52,142 bases of DNA, taken from NCBI GenBank assembly GCA_044892505.1, contig CM097882.1, forward strand, positions 610,835,859 to 610,888,000, read 5' to 3'. Both the position numbers and the translations under genes were made by a program. Source of the stretch: Schmidtea nova (taxonomy: Eukaryota). The notes beneath the pieces are model-generated. The model saw only the letters and a list, made by a program, of their open reading frames with translations. It was not told the origin of the DNA and did no database searches. Positions 25,481 through 38,364 of the stretch are shown here, one piece after another; the stretch's first letter is position 1; each line of letters begins with the position of its first letter.

Positions 25481-28159
25481 TTTCACATGAATATTCTGCA
25501 GGTGTGTAGGTTTGGACATATATTAGGTTTGATGTGTGCGTTGTCTTCTTTTTTAATTTTGTGTTTTTGTGTGAGGTGATGGTTACTATTGATAATAATA
25601 ATTACCATGCCTACTGTTAAAAATTTCATGAATTCGTTTACAATGCTAACTACTCCTGTTAATACGGGGATAGATAACGATAATGATAATAATAATAAAA
25701 TAATAATAAAATTAATATTCACAAATTTAAATATTAAAAAAATGTCTATAGCTATTATGAATCCTATTGATGATATAAATGCTATGAACGCTTGTCCGCA
25801 ACAAGCCGCAACTATATAGGGGGAGTGAGTATAATGATGAAAATAATTATAGTTTAACTACAAATAGAAAAATTAGAATTAATAATAAACCGTTTAAAAT
25901 AATGAAACCAAACTTGAAAAGTGAAAAATTATATATAAAGAAAAGTATATATATAATGAAAGTAGAGATATATATTTTGATAATGACAGAAAGATTATAA
26001 ATGAATACAATGATGAATGTCAAAATAAAATAGAGTCTGAGGCTGCCTATTTTGGGGATCTATATAGAGACTATGTCAATTTATTAAAGGTGCCACATTA
26101 TTTCTTTTTACACATAAGTAATGATATATAATGATATATATCTGTCACATTAAATAATACAGTTCTTTATGAAAATAATTTGATCCCAAAATTATCTTTA
26201 AATATATTTAATTGAAAAACAAACTACATAAAATGCCTTTGACAACTCCACCGCATGCCATAGACTCTTGACGTAGAGGCAATTTCAGGCACATTCAGAC
26301 CACTTCTTCCAATTCCAGCAATAACAAGACCTTCTTGTTTTCAATGTTTGTTTTCTCAGTTTAAGGAAGATTCTTTAAAACTCGTAAATATTTCATATTG
26401 GTCAAAGGACCAAGCATCGACCCTTGTAATTGCTAAAAATCTACATGAAGAAGTGAAATAAATTGAGTATCCTTGGAAGGGATAAGAACATCACCAAGTC
26501 TAAACTGGACGGTCATTGCTTATCCACAAAGAATTGTCATTTTTGTTAAAATGAAATTCTCGGTTTACCTAAAAAGAAATTCTTGGGACAAATGATGAAA
26601 GGTTTTAAAGTATTTACGCGATCCAGTGACCTTATTCGGTAAATATGGTCGACAATTCTTTGAATTCAAATTTTTTCTTAAATCGTTCGAAACTAACAAT
26701 AGCGACCGGATCCATAAAAATGAACAACAAATAAAAATGTTATATAAAAATATACTACCTGCTGTAAATGTGAGCACCAAGAATCTGAAGCTCATGTAAT
26801 AAACCATTGTCTACTTCCTCTCTTTGTACTCGAGTCAGTTTATTAGTGTCGAAGTGATAGATTAATGCCAAATCGAATCATAGTGGCGAACCACAAAATC
26901 AACGACCAACATTCAACTTACATAACAGTTCGACGGATTCTTCAGGGGACAAAAGATTTTGGTATCCGACTCCCCCTGATCTGCCCCCACCACAGGTACG
27001 TTATTAAGGCAATCGTATTACCGGCCGCCTTGACGCATGTAAAGCAACTCAGCAAGCCGAGTGGTGTAGTTTATCTTTTTATAACTGGTGGTCCTACTCC
27101 CACACTGTCCTTACAACTTAACACCAATCAGCTCCAAATATCTTGCTTTCGCTTTCATTTAAAAGGTGAGACTGACACTAAGCTGCGCTTCCACTGGTCA
27201 TGATAAGTAGTCATAACTCATGTAGTCCTATTCAGCAATCTGAATAGCGTAGTTTGTCTTTTTATAGCCGGTGGTTCTACTCCCACGCTGCCGTACAAGC
27301 ATCGTACTCATCCTCATACAAACACTAATACTCTATTAAACTCGAGGCTTTGTCTTGCCTGAATCTTCAAGAGATTTATATACATGTGTCCAGTTTACCA
27401 TGTTCATTATATATATATAAAAATAAAATAATAAGATAAAGTAAAAGGATACGCTTGTTCTTGCAGAGAAGTTCGAATAGGCCTAAAGAATACTCAAAGT
27501 AGTTGAACTTACCACAGGATCTTCTCGAATGCACAACTTGAGCCTAATAGCGGGATTTATACTAAGGGAGTTTCACCTGTTCTTGCACCCTCAGCCCATC
27601 ATACACCACACTTTGAGCGAAAGTCGACCCGCTACGGACTGTCGGGAGAATTCTTCGCAGCTTCTTGCAGATTTTTTTTGGGGACCCTCCTTTTCAGTGG
27701 GCCTATAAATTTATTCAAATAAAAAAATTCTTCGCTCCTAGGAGACGAGTCCTGTCCTTTCAGACCGCCCGGCCGAAGATGGCACAGGCTATTTTCATCC
27801 ATGTTTTATTTTATTTTCCCCTTGAGCCATGGTCTAGGGACCAACGACTGAGCAGGTTCAGCATTGCGAATTGAATCGGAGGTATTGTCATTCTTATCAT
27901 CGGCAGGTATTCATATTTATTTCGGAGTGGAAAAAAGCTTTTATCGTCAGGAGGCCATTCATTGTCATTCATTGTCATTCCCATTATTCATTTAGTTGTT
28001 CATTTAGTTGTATTCATTTTGAAAGTCTTCATCATTATAGTATCATCACCATTATGGTTATTTCCATTTTATTAATTATACAGATGGTATAATTAACGGT
28101 ATAATTAATTAAGTATAATAGTCTCGGAAGCGGCCCCAAATCCACGAGTGAAGTCTACA

Positions 28160-30010
28160 AAGCAATTCGACCCTTCCCATCTAGCTTTGTGTACAACAAG
28201 TCTCGCATCGACTAATCGCACGCCAAACTTTAATAGGCTTACTCCACTTGGCTAACAAGTTTCTGACGACATCCTGCTCCACTAATCCGCGAATCCTTCC
28301 ATCACTGCTATCGGCAAGCTTCTTCAATCTGGTTACCTTCACAAATTTGACTTCAGCCAAGAGAGTAGGTACCCGCATTCCCCCATCTTTAACCTTGGAG
28401 TGACTGTATGAAAAGCACGTATCTTTGGGTAGATGTAACCATTTACGAACTAACATCCGGGTCATCTTGTCCAGTTCACCGAGCTCCGAATCATCAGTTT
28501 CGCCTAAAATTGCTTCATGCAAAATGCCTGGTATAAGGAAGTTAGTTAAGACTTCCAGTTTTTGTTGGGGTTTAATAGGGTAGATAGTAATATTGTTAAT
28601 GCGTTCTGTATATATTTTAGTTAGATTATTTTTCATTTTGCCGCTTCTGATGAAGTCACACATGTATTGTATGACAAATACCCCACAGTCATAGTTGTTC
28701 GGTTGGAGAGGATATTCACATTTGCTAAGGGATGAATTATCCAATTTTTGTTCAATTGTGTTTTCCACACATTTATCTAATTAAATATTGCAAGACCGAA
28801 AGTTGGTTATTTGGGTCAATTATTGCTGAGGACAATTTTTTCCTCTCCTTTTTCTTTTTATTGGTAGACGCCCTTGGGGTTAGACTTCCTTTCTACTGTA
28901 TTACAAATTAGAATGTTATTTTTATTAATTTTATTAAATAAAAGAAAATTATCATTTTCATCCGCGCTTGGTGCTCCTCCAGGATCTCCAGACTTCCGAT
29001 GAGCAGCAGGATCTTCGGCATGTTGAGCATCGCTTTCTGAAAATAATAATGCGACCTGATTATCGTTCAGGTCAGACGAAACAGAAGTACCTTCGGTACT
29101 TCTGGGGGGCCCGATCGACCCCCCAAAAGCTTTATCTCCACATCTTCATTGGAGATTGTTCGTTATCCATTGTGAATTGATTATCTTGGTTATTTTCAAT
29201 AGATTTCTCCATTTCAACCCCACTACCAGAGGGATAACTGGATTGTGGGGGACAAGCGATTGACATTTTTTTAGGTTGCATCTTTTTAATGTAATTTTCT
29301 CGAATAATCCATATTTTCTATTGAATTATATTTTGTATTAATCAGAATTTTTTTCTGATTATTTTGATCTATAACTTTAGAAGATTCATTTGAGGATTGC
29401 AATCTTTTTTTAAGATTGGAATTTATGATGAAATCATCATTAAATATTTCATCATATTTTATTAAATTAATATTATCTGAATATATGTAGCTTCTCTCCA
29501 AGTTATCCGATTTAGTTAAATTTTTTTCCATAAAATCCAGTATTTTTTTCTGAATAATTTGGTGTAAAATTTTTGAAAGTTGATCGATATTTGACTCCAC
29601 TATTTTATCTCCACTTCTTCATCTGAGATTGGAGATTGTTCTTTATCTACGTTTTTTCCAATAGATTTATGGTGTAAAATATTTGTCAATTGTTCAAAAT
29701 CTTTGCAAATCTGGGCATTTGTTTCGGTTGTAATATGAATATCTTCTTTATTTTTTATAGAATTATTCATCATTTCAACCCCACAACCAGAGGGATAACT
29801 GGATTGTGGGGGACAAGCGATTAAAGTATTTCCCATTTGCATTTTTTCAATATAATTTTTAAAAAGTGATTTAATTTCGCAATTTAAAACAATTTTATCT
29901 TGTTCATTGATGATATTAGAATATATGGAACTTTCTGAATATTCCATATTTTCCAATAAATTCTTTTTTGTAATAACCGGTTTTGTAAGGTCCTGACTCT
30001 TGTGATCCAT
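28160..30010 (-). mobile_element. Internally deleted NeSL/R2-type retrotransposon: N-terminal ORF pieces, Ulp1/C48-type protease motif (28652-28720), then R2-like thumb (28160-28605)
   Basis: CEYPLQPNNYDCGVFVIQYM (Ulp1 Q-x-N-x2-DCG-x-F motif) is joined in frame to ERINNITIYPIKPQQKLEVLTNFLIPGILHEAILG (R2 PLKPQQ motif). The RT core is missing. An internal duplication links 29150-29265 and 29625-29825. Confidence 0.7.
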
Positions 30011-30059
30011 GTGGATTTAGCGTTTTAATGTTTTTCACATATTTGATTGTGCCTTCAAG

Positions 30060-30420
30060 CCATTTGAGGGCATCTTCAATTGATTCTATCTTTTCTGTGG
30101 TTCTTATTTTTGCCACATCTATTAGTTATTCATAGAATATCTTTCTGATGGCATTATGGCTACTGTTTAGTAGTTTCAGGGACCTGTTGATTGTTTGTAT
30201 TGTCTGTTCATCAACTAGTTTTGTGACTTTTTCTCTTGGAAAGTATATAATGGCATCCATAAATGGACTGTTTGTTGGGAGGTCCATTATGTCTTTCTTG
30301 ATCATTGATTTTATTTGTAGATGTCTTCACCTTGCAATGCGAATACGAATTTTGAGTGCCTAAAGGTGTTGTAGACTTCAATTAGTTGTTCGTTTCTTAA
30401 TAAAGATTTGAATATTGTTG
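30060..30420 (-). mobile_element. Second NeSL-type RT thumb fragment, homologous to 21640-21945
   Basis: LIEVYNTFRHSKFVFALQGEDI (frameshift) MIKKDIMDLPTNSPFMDAIIYFP...QTINRSLKLL parallels IDAFKTFCHSKL...QVEDI...LDLPNKSPFMDAIFYSP. Confidence 0.65.
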
Positions 30421-33244
30421 GGCCAAAACGCAATTTGTTTTAATAAAGCGATAACCCCATAGGTAGAGAACGCGCAAGATTCCATTTTTAACCTTAGCTT
30501 CCATTAAAAATCCAACAATTAAGTGGAAAACACCAAAAGGTGAAGTGGAATCAAAACACATCAACTGGTAGAGTACGCGCTAACTGCGAATTTATAAATA
30601 TTTTCACTGAAATCTCGAGAAAAATTAAAAGCAGAATGTTTGGAAGCTAGAATAGGCGGAAAACCCATTGAAAGTGCCCATAAAGAACAGAATTTTGTCA
30701 TAAAATCTTCAGTGCAGAAAAATTAACAAAATTTTAGAAGAAAATTGTGAATTTATCACAAAATTTCACATTTAACAATAGAAAGAATTAATATGGATCG
30801 AATATCATAAATTAAATCAAATCGAACAAATTTCGATTCAAACATAGAAATTTTGAATAAAAATAAATTATTTATAGTTTATAAAAAATTATTATACAAA
30901 AATATGGAATTAATTTTCGGAAAATGATTAGAATTAATTTAGAAAAAATCAAGAGAAAATTCTAGAACAATTTGTTTTATTGCACTACCGGGGATAGAGA
31001 AAATTTTGTGACAATCTTTTCATTTTTGTTTTGAACAGAATTTGAATTTGCAAGATTTTCCATTTAGCAGAATTTAGCAGAATTTGAATTTGAATTTTTA
31101 AAGAAGTGGTGGAAAAAATTGAACATTAATCTTGGAGAGAATTTCCGAAGAAGATAATAAAAATTTTAATTTCCGAAATACGATCCTTTCAGAAAAATCT
31201 TTCCCAGAACTTGGAACGTAAGGATTGTTTTATTTTTATTACTATTCTCTTTTTAACCTTGTTCGAGGGGTATGGGATCGTCGGAAATCATGCCTGTCGA
31301 TCATCCCATCCCTCTCGCTTTATTGCTTGATATGATATTTGTTATTTGTTAATTTTAATTTAATGCTAACACCTTATTATGATATTATTAAAATATATTA
31401 TTTGATTCATATTTTATTCGATTTAGTTTCAAATTTTTGTTTTTGGTTATTATTCCTATTGTCACCAATTCCCAAATTGATTAAAATTTTATATAAGCAT
31501 TTATCTAAATACGAGAAAAATAAATAAATTTTTTTTTTATCTCCCATATCTTCTGACGATCCGTCCAGCCTTGGTTGTGCGGATCTGTTAGTAGCCTGGG
31601 TGGATCGTTGTCTGATTGGTAATCGGCCAGCCCATATTTCCACTTTAAGGTGAGGCTCATACATCCAAATTCTCGTCATCCCAACTGGGGAATCGTGGTT
31701 TGGCCAAGAGCAAGGTTTTGTTATACTAATGATTTTTATTATAATAGAGTATCATATTTTTATTATCTACATAAGCAATTTCGTAATATAACATAACAAT
31801 TTCTAACTCATGTCTTGAAATCTAAAATAGGAAATATTACTGATTAAAAAATCGACTCGTACTCACCTTCACCTTCACACTCTCAACAACGTTCATCTCA
31901 TGAAAAAATGCAAGAGAAATGGATGCTAATGATGAAAAGAAAATCGTTCGAAATAATGCTCGAGTCTAGAATAATGCTCACGAAGTGAAATGAATTGTGA
32001 AACAAGTATTGATTTAATCTGAATTAAAACTCATTATGGTCTAAATAAGTTTTCCTGTGAATCTTGTTTTTCGAGAGCCTGAAATTCCTAAGTGAGGTGT
32101 CCCGAAAAATTCGCGTACACTTTAATTGGGAAATTCATGCTCAACAAAACCGAAATTTACTTCACTTGATGTTAAAAATATTCGTCGAAAAAGGTATAAC
32201 TTATTTTATTTTATTTTTATTTTTATTTAGTATATAAAACTCTTTAGATTAAATGCATATTTAGATCTCGAAATTCATGGATAAAATATTTTTATCAAGA
32301 ATAAAAATTTGTTTTTTATTATACTGCAAAAATTTTAAAATGAAAAAAATTATAAACCAAAAATTTTCCCAATATTGTTAATATATAAAAGATTTTATCA
32401 TTTCATAAAAATCCCGAGAATCTGAAAATCAAAAGGTGTACTAAACCCCATAGAAATTATAAATTGAAATTTTATTATTATATTAATAAATTTTTATATT
32501 TTTATAAAAATCTGGATTCGAAATTTTTTAGAAAAAATTTAAGATTAATATAGTTATTTCTTAAAATATAAAAATTTAATTTCAAAAACCTATATTATCA
32601 AAATTATAAATTTTATCATCCTTTAATAAAATTGGAACATTAGAAATCCAAAAAAGTAATATAAAAATTAGTATTATTATTTTGATTTAAAAATGATTAT
32701 TATTATTTTAATTTAAAAATATTTTATATAGTTTATTTAAATTATAATATAACCCCCCCACGATATCTTAAAAATAATGATACATCACTCATTGCAAAAA
32801 AATCACACCCTTTTCACTCAATAGCATCATCCATACTAATACACAAGCATCATACATATAAAACACAATACACACACATACACAGTATCATTCAATAACA
32901 TTCAACAATCACATACACACCCACAAACCATACCAAAAATTCCACACAGACATGCTAGTCAGAACTGTACGTTCAACCACACTCACAAGCATCCATTTGT
33001 TTTAAATCACCTATTCACAAATCACACGCAGACGCAACAATAACAATAGAACACACAGTCATTATACTACCCTTCATCCAACTACCACGACATACAACCT
33101 GACAACCCCTACATCTCCATCATATATCATCACCATTCATCTCAAAACCACCTTATATAAAAATTCAACCCCCATCACCACAAGATTCACCAAGTTGAAC
33201 ATTATGGGTAATCTACATTTATATGTAACCACATCATGCATATT

Positions 33245-33510
33245 GGACAAAACACGTGTGCATCACAAAATACGACAACTTTTAGATTTCTAATTTTGTA
33301 TGCTGATTTTTTTGTAGAAAATTAAATTTTATTTCTCCAATATTACAATGAAAATTTATTAAAGTTACTTTTTTATATACGAAATATGGAAATTTAAGTA
33401 CAAAACATGTGTGTGTATTAAAACACCGACAAATCAAATTTTTAATCAAGCCATTCTATAGAAAATTAAATTTTATCTTTATGTAATTACAATGAAAACT
33501 CACTAAAGTA
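33245..33510. repeat. ~145-bp satellite-like unit with aaaaCACGTGtgca head; two units here, four more at 36935-37390
   Basis: Heads near 33253, 33404, 36941, 37085, 37231 and 37329 share aatacgacaacttt and ttacaatgaaa body motifs. Confidence 0.7.
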
Positions 33511-33873
33511 ACTTTTGTTGGGCTAGCCAAACTGAGTAAAACGTAAAATAAATAATAATAATGAGAAAAAGAGAAAAAATAAAGAAAAAGGAGAAACAAT
33601 AATTTTAGGGAATAAAATAATTTAGAAAAATAGAAATAAATTAAGAAATAGGTTGTAGAATAAAAATAAACGAATTTGCGATAATTTAACCAGTAAATGG
33701 CCCAAGGGACACCTAAAATAAATAAAATATAAATGATTAAAACAAAATAATAGTACTTTTTATTGGTTAATTGTTTCCAAAAACTAGACCACCGAGAAAG
33801 AATCCAATCTAAAAAATAAAAATTAATTGGATCAACAAAATAATAATTAAAACCACCATGAAATCGGCCAAAC

Positions 33874-33930
33874 CTGATTGGCCAGTCTAGACTTGACTGA
33901 TCAGTATATATACCGATCAGAATTTAGTTA
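33874..33930 (+). promoter_or_regulatory. Possible Pol II core promoter (reverse CCAAT 33877-33881, TATATATA 33905-33912, TTAGTT 33924-33929), possibly in an LTR ending at gtaaca ~34551
   Basis: Motif order and spacing only. Confidence 0.3.
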
Positions 33931-34711
33931 GAGCTAGCCATTTTTTGCACTTTGTAATTACGTACATAAATTCAATTTGAACTTCAAACCGAATTTTTGA
34001 CTGAACCTTGTGGATTCAATTTAGATCGATTTTTAACAGACAATCATATTTTGGACCGATTTTTGACTGAACCTTGAAAATTCAATTTCAGTACTTTGTT
34101 TATATTTATTATTATTATTGTTCGATGATATAATTGTAATCATGTTTTGTTTCATAAATATTTATGCATTGTTATATTTGATTGCATTAACTTACATCTT
34201 AATCATATTAATTTTGCGCCGATTGGGAGCTTCAGGTTCCCAAGGTGTCAGTCCGTGGTGTGGTGCTCGAGGGCTCCACACACGGTAAAGTAATCATCAA
34301 CTAACCGGAGTCAATAGAATTTGCACATGGGACACCCACAAACCATCGGGGGACTATTTTCAATCGTATTATATGCAGAAGGGACGATTCCTTGTAAAAA
34401 CGTAGAGGTATATGATAGGAAAATTTTTTTTGGCTTTGAGAAAGTACAATTTGCCGCTAGCACCACAACGTAGTTTTCACACAGACCTTGACTATAATGT
34501 TCACCATAATTACCATAGTACCTTGTAAATTCAGGTAGACACCAGCGTAACATACCGAGAGTAATCTACAATTCGACAGTCTTCCCACGATTTTTCGTCT
34601 AGAGCCTAAGGAGTAAAATGACCAAAATTTTGACACGAGGAGAGATAACGTTTATTAAATTAACTACTATATAAAATTTTCAACGTTAAAAAATTATAAT
34701 CTACTAGTAAA

Positions 34712-35236
34712 ATGGCAAAGGCGAAACCAGTTCATCAAAAGAAAGAAGCAATCAGAACCCAGAACCTGTGGAGCTGGAAACGGGGCTCACGAAAAAGAAA
34801 TCAAGTCCGAATTAGCCCATTAAAGCCGGCTTCATTTGAAATATTGCAACAACTCCACCAGAAAATGTGGGCCTGGCGCCGAGAATTAGAGACATCCTGT
34901 CCCTTTACGGTATGGGACCACCCTCGGCATCACGTGTGGTACCGAGGCTGCGCCAACTGGCCAATCATCCCAGACGAGGAATTCGAACCCTGGCACGCCG
35001 CATGGTTCGTCCTGATGCTGGACAAACAGGGGTTCAAGAGCTGTGTTATATATTGGGGGTACATTCCGGCCTCCACATTCAAGGAATTGGGGTTTATTTT
35101 CAACACGGCAATCCGACCCCTTCGGGAAGCCGAGAGGACCCGTCTCCAACAAGCCTCACCCAACCCCACAGGAATCAACACCAATCTACAAATCCGGTCG
35201 ATATTTTCATATCGAGGGAAGATGACCGACGAATGA
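34712..35236 (+). CDS. Orphan 174-aa ORF, Trp-rich, GC-rich relative to its surroundings
   Basis: ATG-started open frame with a downstream AATAAA. No recognisable family. Confidence 0.4.
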   Translation: MAKAKPVHQKKEAIRTQNLWSWKRGSRKRNQVRISPLKPASFEILQQLHQKMWAWRRELETSCPFTVWDHPRHHVWYRGCANWPIIPDEEFEPWHAAWFVLMLDKQGFKSCVIYWGYIPASTFKELGFIFNTAIRPLREAERTRLQQASPNPTGINTNLQIRSIFSYRGKMTDE

Positions 35237-35301
35237 TAGTTGGATCCACCTAATTCTGTGGCCACATGATTTGAAGTTAATAAATGTTTTTTGAGAAATT
35301 T
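35139..35301 (+). repeat. 163-bp direct repeat (copy 2 at 36250-36412)
   Basis: cccgtctccaacaagcctcacc...gttaataaatgttttttgagaaattt is present twice, almost identical. Confidence 0.9.
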
Positions 35302-35594
35302 GCGTGTTTCATTATGTTAGTAGTGTAGAAAGATAGTCTCGACGAATTTATTAATATCTAGTGTTGTAGTTGCTAACAGTAATAATTATCGTCCGTAGGA
35401 AATGCTTTTACTAGTACTGAATAGTTAAATAATTTCTACGAATCTCAAATAATAGTTAAATATTTTTTAGTGAAAATTAAATAATTAAAAACATTAGTAC
35501 GCATTTTTCGCTCCTTCATAATAGTCGTCGCTTAAATTAAATAACGTTGTGGATAGACGAACCAGCGAATTAAACGTTTTAATTTTCAGATATC

Positions 35595-36170
35595 ATGCCG
35601 ATTTCGGAAAACTCCAAGAAAATCATAGGTCAAATCCAAGATAGGAAGTGGAGGGACCAGCAACGGCAGATCAAACGACTCACGGTCGCCAATGATGAGT
35701 TGAGAGCGAGGTGGTTTTCACCCGAACAAATGAAGAGCTAATCGCAAATGCTTGAGCGGGTGCAGGAAGCCTTAGCCGCAACAAAATTGGAACTCGACGC
35801 CGTCCAGAGGGAACTGCGTAACTGCCTGAACGCAGTAACTAAAGGCTACATCGAGACGGAATTACGCACCTTGATTCGACCGATCACCGCTCAACGCTGG
35901 GCTGCGAGCACCTTCCAAGATGTCGCGTGTGGAACGGAGGATGGAATCATCATGGTCCCGACTCTTATGACGGACGAATTACCTACCCTTCACAGTGGTC
36001 AACCTAAAACATTAGTTCCCGCGTCCGTCGTAAATCAGCAACATCGAAAACACCGAATGGGATCGCGGCAACGTCGTCGTCGTCGAGAATTCGCGAAGCG
36101 ACTGGACGAGCAAATCAATCACCTAAACACATTAACCGAAGAAGAGTTGATTCAGGAGATTAACCTTTAG
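35595..36170 (+). CDS. Orphan coiled-coil ORF with an Arg-rich motif; one in-frame stop (TAA 35739-35741)
   Basis: ttttcag acceptor at 35583-35589 precedes ATG 35595, in frame with the 35748-36170 ORF. Contains HRKHRMGSRQRRRRREF. Confidence 0.4.
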
Positions 36171-38364
36171 TTTGCATAGAAAAACGTCGGTGTTGAATAA
36201 CAATAGTTTCATTTTCATCTCAATAAATATTTTGTTAACTTAAGGTTATCCCGTCTCCAACAAGCCTCACCCAACCCCACATGAATCAACACCAATCTAC
36301 AAATCCGGTCGATATTTTCATATCGAGGGAAGATGACCGACGAATGATAGTTGGATCCACCTAATTCTGTGGCCACATGATTTGAAGTTAATAAATGTTT
36401 TTTGAGAAATTTCTCATCGTGCGAAGTTTTCGAAATAAATTGAACGCAACCTAAATAAATTGTTACAGCGAACCATCTCACCAATAATTCTCAAACCGAC
36501 TGTTTCCGCGTAGAGACCGATTGATTACCAAGTAGATCAGCTAGGAAAAGGGAAATTAGAGAAAGCGTGTGATAAATCATAAGGATATATAGAATAAAAC
36601 TCATTGGGGGGACGAACATCCATGGAATGTAAATGCGTAAGACCTTCTAGCGGCAGCAAGGACCCGAGGGAAGATAAATGGGGAGTAGTTTTGGCAACAA
36701 AGCTCACCTGCCCATCATTTTTCCACCACCGTGTGCAGTACCAACTTGACTAATAGGGAATAGTCAAGGGCATACGCGTGTAGTAGTCATGTTATGTATG
36801 GTTATGGGTGCGGAATCCCTAGTATACTTATTTATCATTATTCGTTTGATTAATTATGAATTATTTATTGTTACTCAGTTAAAACCCACCCATAAACCCA
36901 GCACTTTAGATAGCTTAAAATGCTAAAATTATTAACGAAACACGTGTGCAACACTAAATACGACAACTTTTAAATTTTGAATAAAGCGATTTTATAGAAA
37001 TTTAAATTTCATCTATACTTTATTACAATTAAAACTCAATAAATTTATTTTATATACATGAAAAAGGCAAAGATTAATTACAAAACATGTGTGCATTACA
37101 AACACACCAACAAACTAATTTTCTAATCAATCCATTTTATAGGAAAAATAAATTTTACATACACTTTATTACAATGAAAGATACATAAAATTACTTTATA
37201 TTGTTGAAAATTTGAAAATTCAAAATAAAACACGTGTGCATCTCAAAATACGACAACTTTCAAATTTCTAATAAAGCCATTTTGTAAACAATTAAATTTT
37301 AAGTGAAATATACAAATTTAATTAAAAACACGTGTGTACAACACAATACGCAACAATTTAAAATTTGAATAAAGCCATGTTGTAGAGAATTAAATTTTGC
37401 CTATACATTGGTACACTGAAAACCTGATCAGATCCATATGAAGTGTAAAAAAGAACGTGAGAAAAAACGGGAGAGTAGGAGGAAGTGTGGACGGGGGGAA
37501 ACATAAATCAAATAAAAGCGAATATAAATCATTTTGGATTTTAATTATTTCTATCTTAATATCCATTTGATTTACGTCAAACGTGTGGGAGATTTTATTC
37601 AAGACTTCTTGTATGTTAAAATTGTTCTGGAAGACATTCAAAAAAAGCAAACGAAGGTTTCAATCTTTTTAAAATCTTCAAATTCGTTTACAATGCTAAC
37701 TACTCCTGTTAATAAGGGGACAAATAATGATAATGATAATAATAAAATAATTAACTTACAAATAATAATAATAAGTTGCTGATGTTTAGGAACTGAATTT
37801 GTGATTAATTTAGAATTTTTAAAGAATTTGATAATTAAGGTCGGTGCCATAAATGCTATGAAAAATCATAAGGCTTACCCGAAACGCGTGCCCCCCCTGA
37901 AGGGAACCACGCTCTGCTACCATTAGTTGATTTACCATTAGTTGCTTCTGATTTTCTGAATCCTTTCATAGCGTTTCATTCGAAGACAATGTAAGAAAAC
38001 TTTCAGGGAATCTAAAAACACTAATGAAATTTTATAATACACATGATAAAAATTTACCTGGAAAATACGAAAGTATTGTCCCCCAAAAAATCAATAAAAC
38101 AACAAATTAAAATTTACCATTCATAAATAGAATGACAGATAAAAATCTGCCATTCTCTTTTAATATTAATATTCCAAATGAGATTTCGGACTAATTATGA
38201 TCACTGGATTGAGGCGGCGAAGAGTTCATTGCATAATAATTAGCAGCATCGTCAGCATTAGCTTCCAAAACATAACATTTGATAAAACTGCTACTTCATT
38301 GAATAATTCTAAGAGATAATAATATTCCATTCAAGCTAAATTCACCTAATAAAATTGATAATAA

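Noticed and set aside
37870-37895. cccGAAACGCGT, resembling the 3' half of a Penelope-type hammerhead ribozyme
   Set aside because: No upstream CTGANGA core or stem II.
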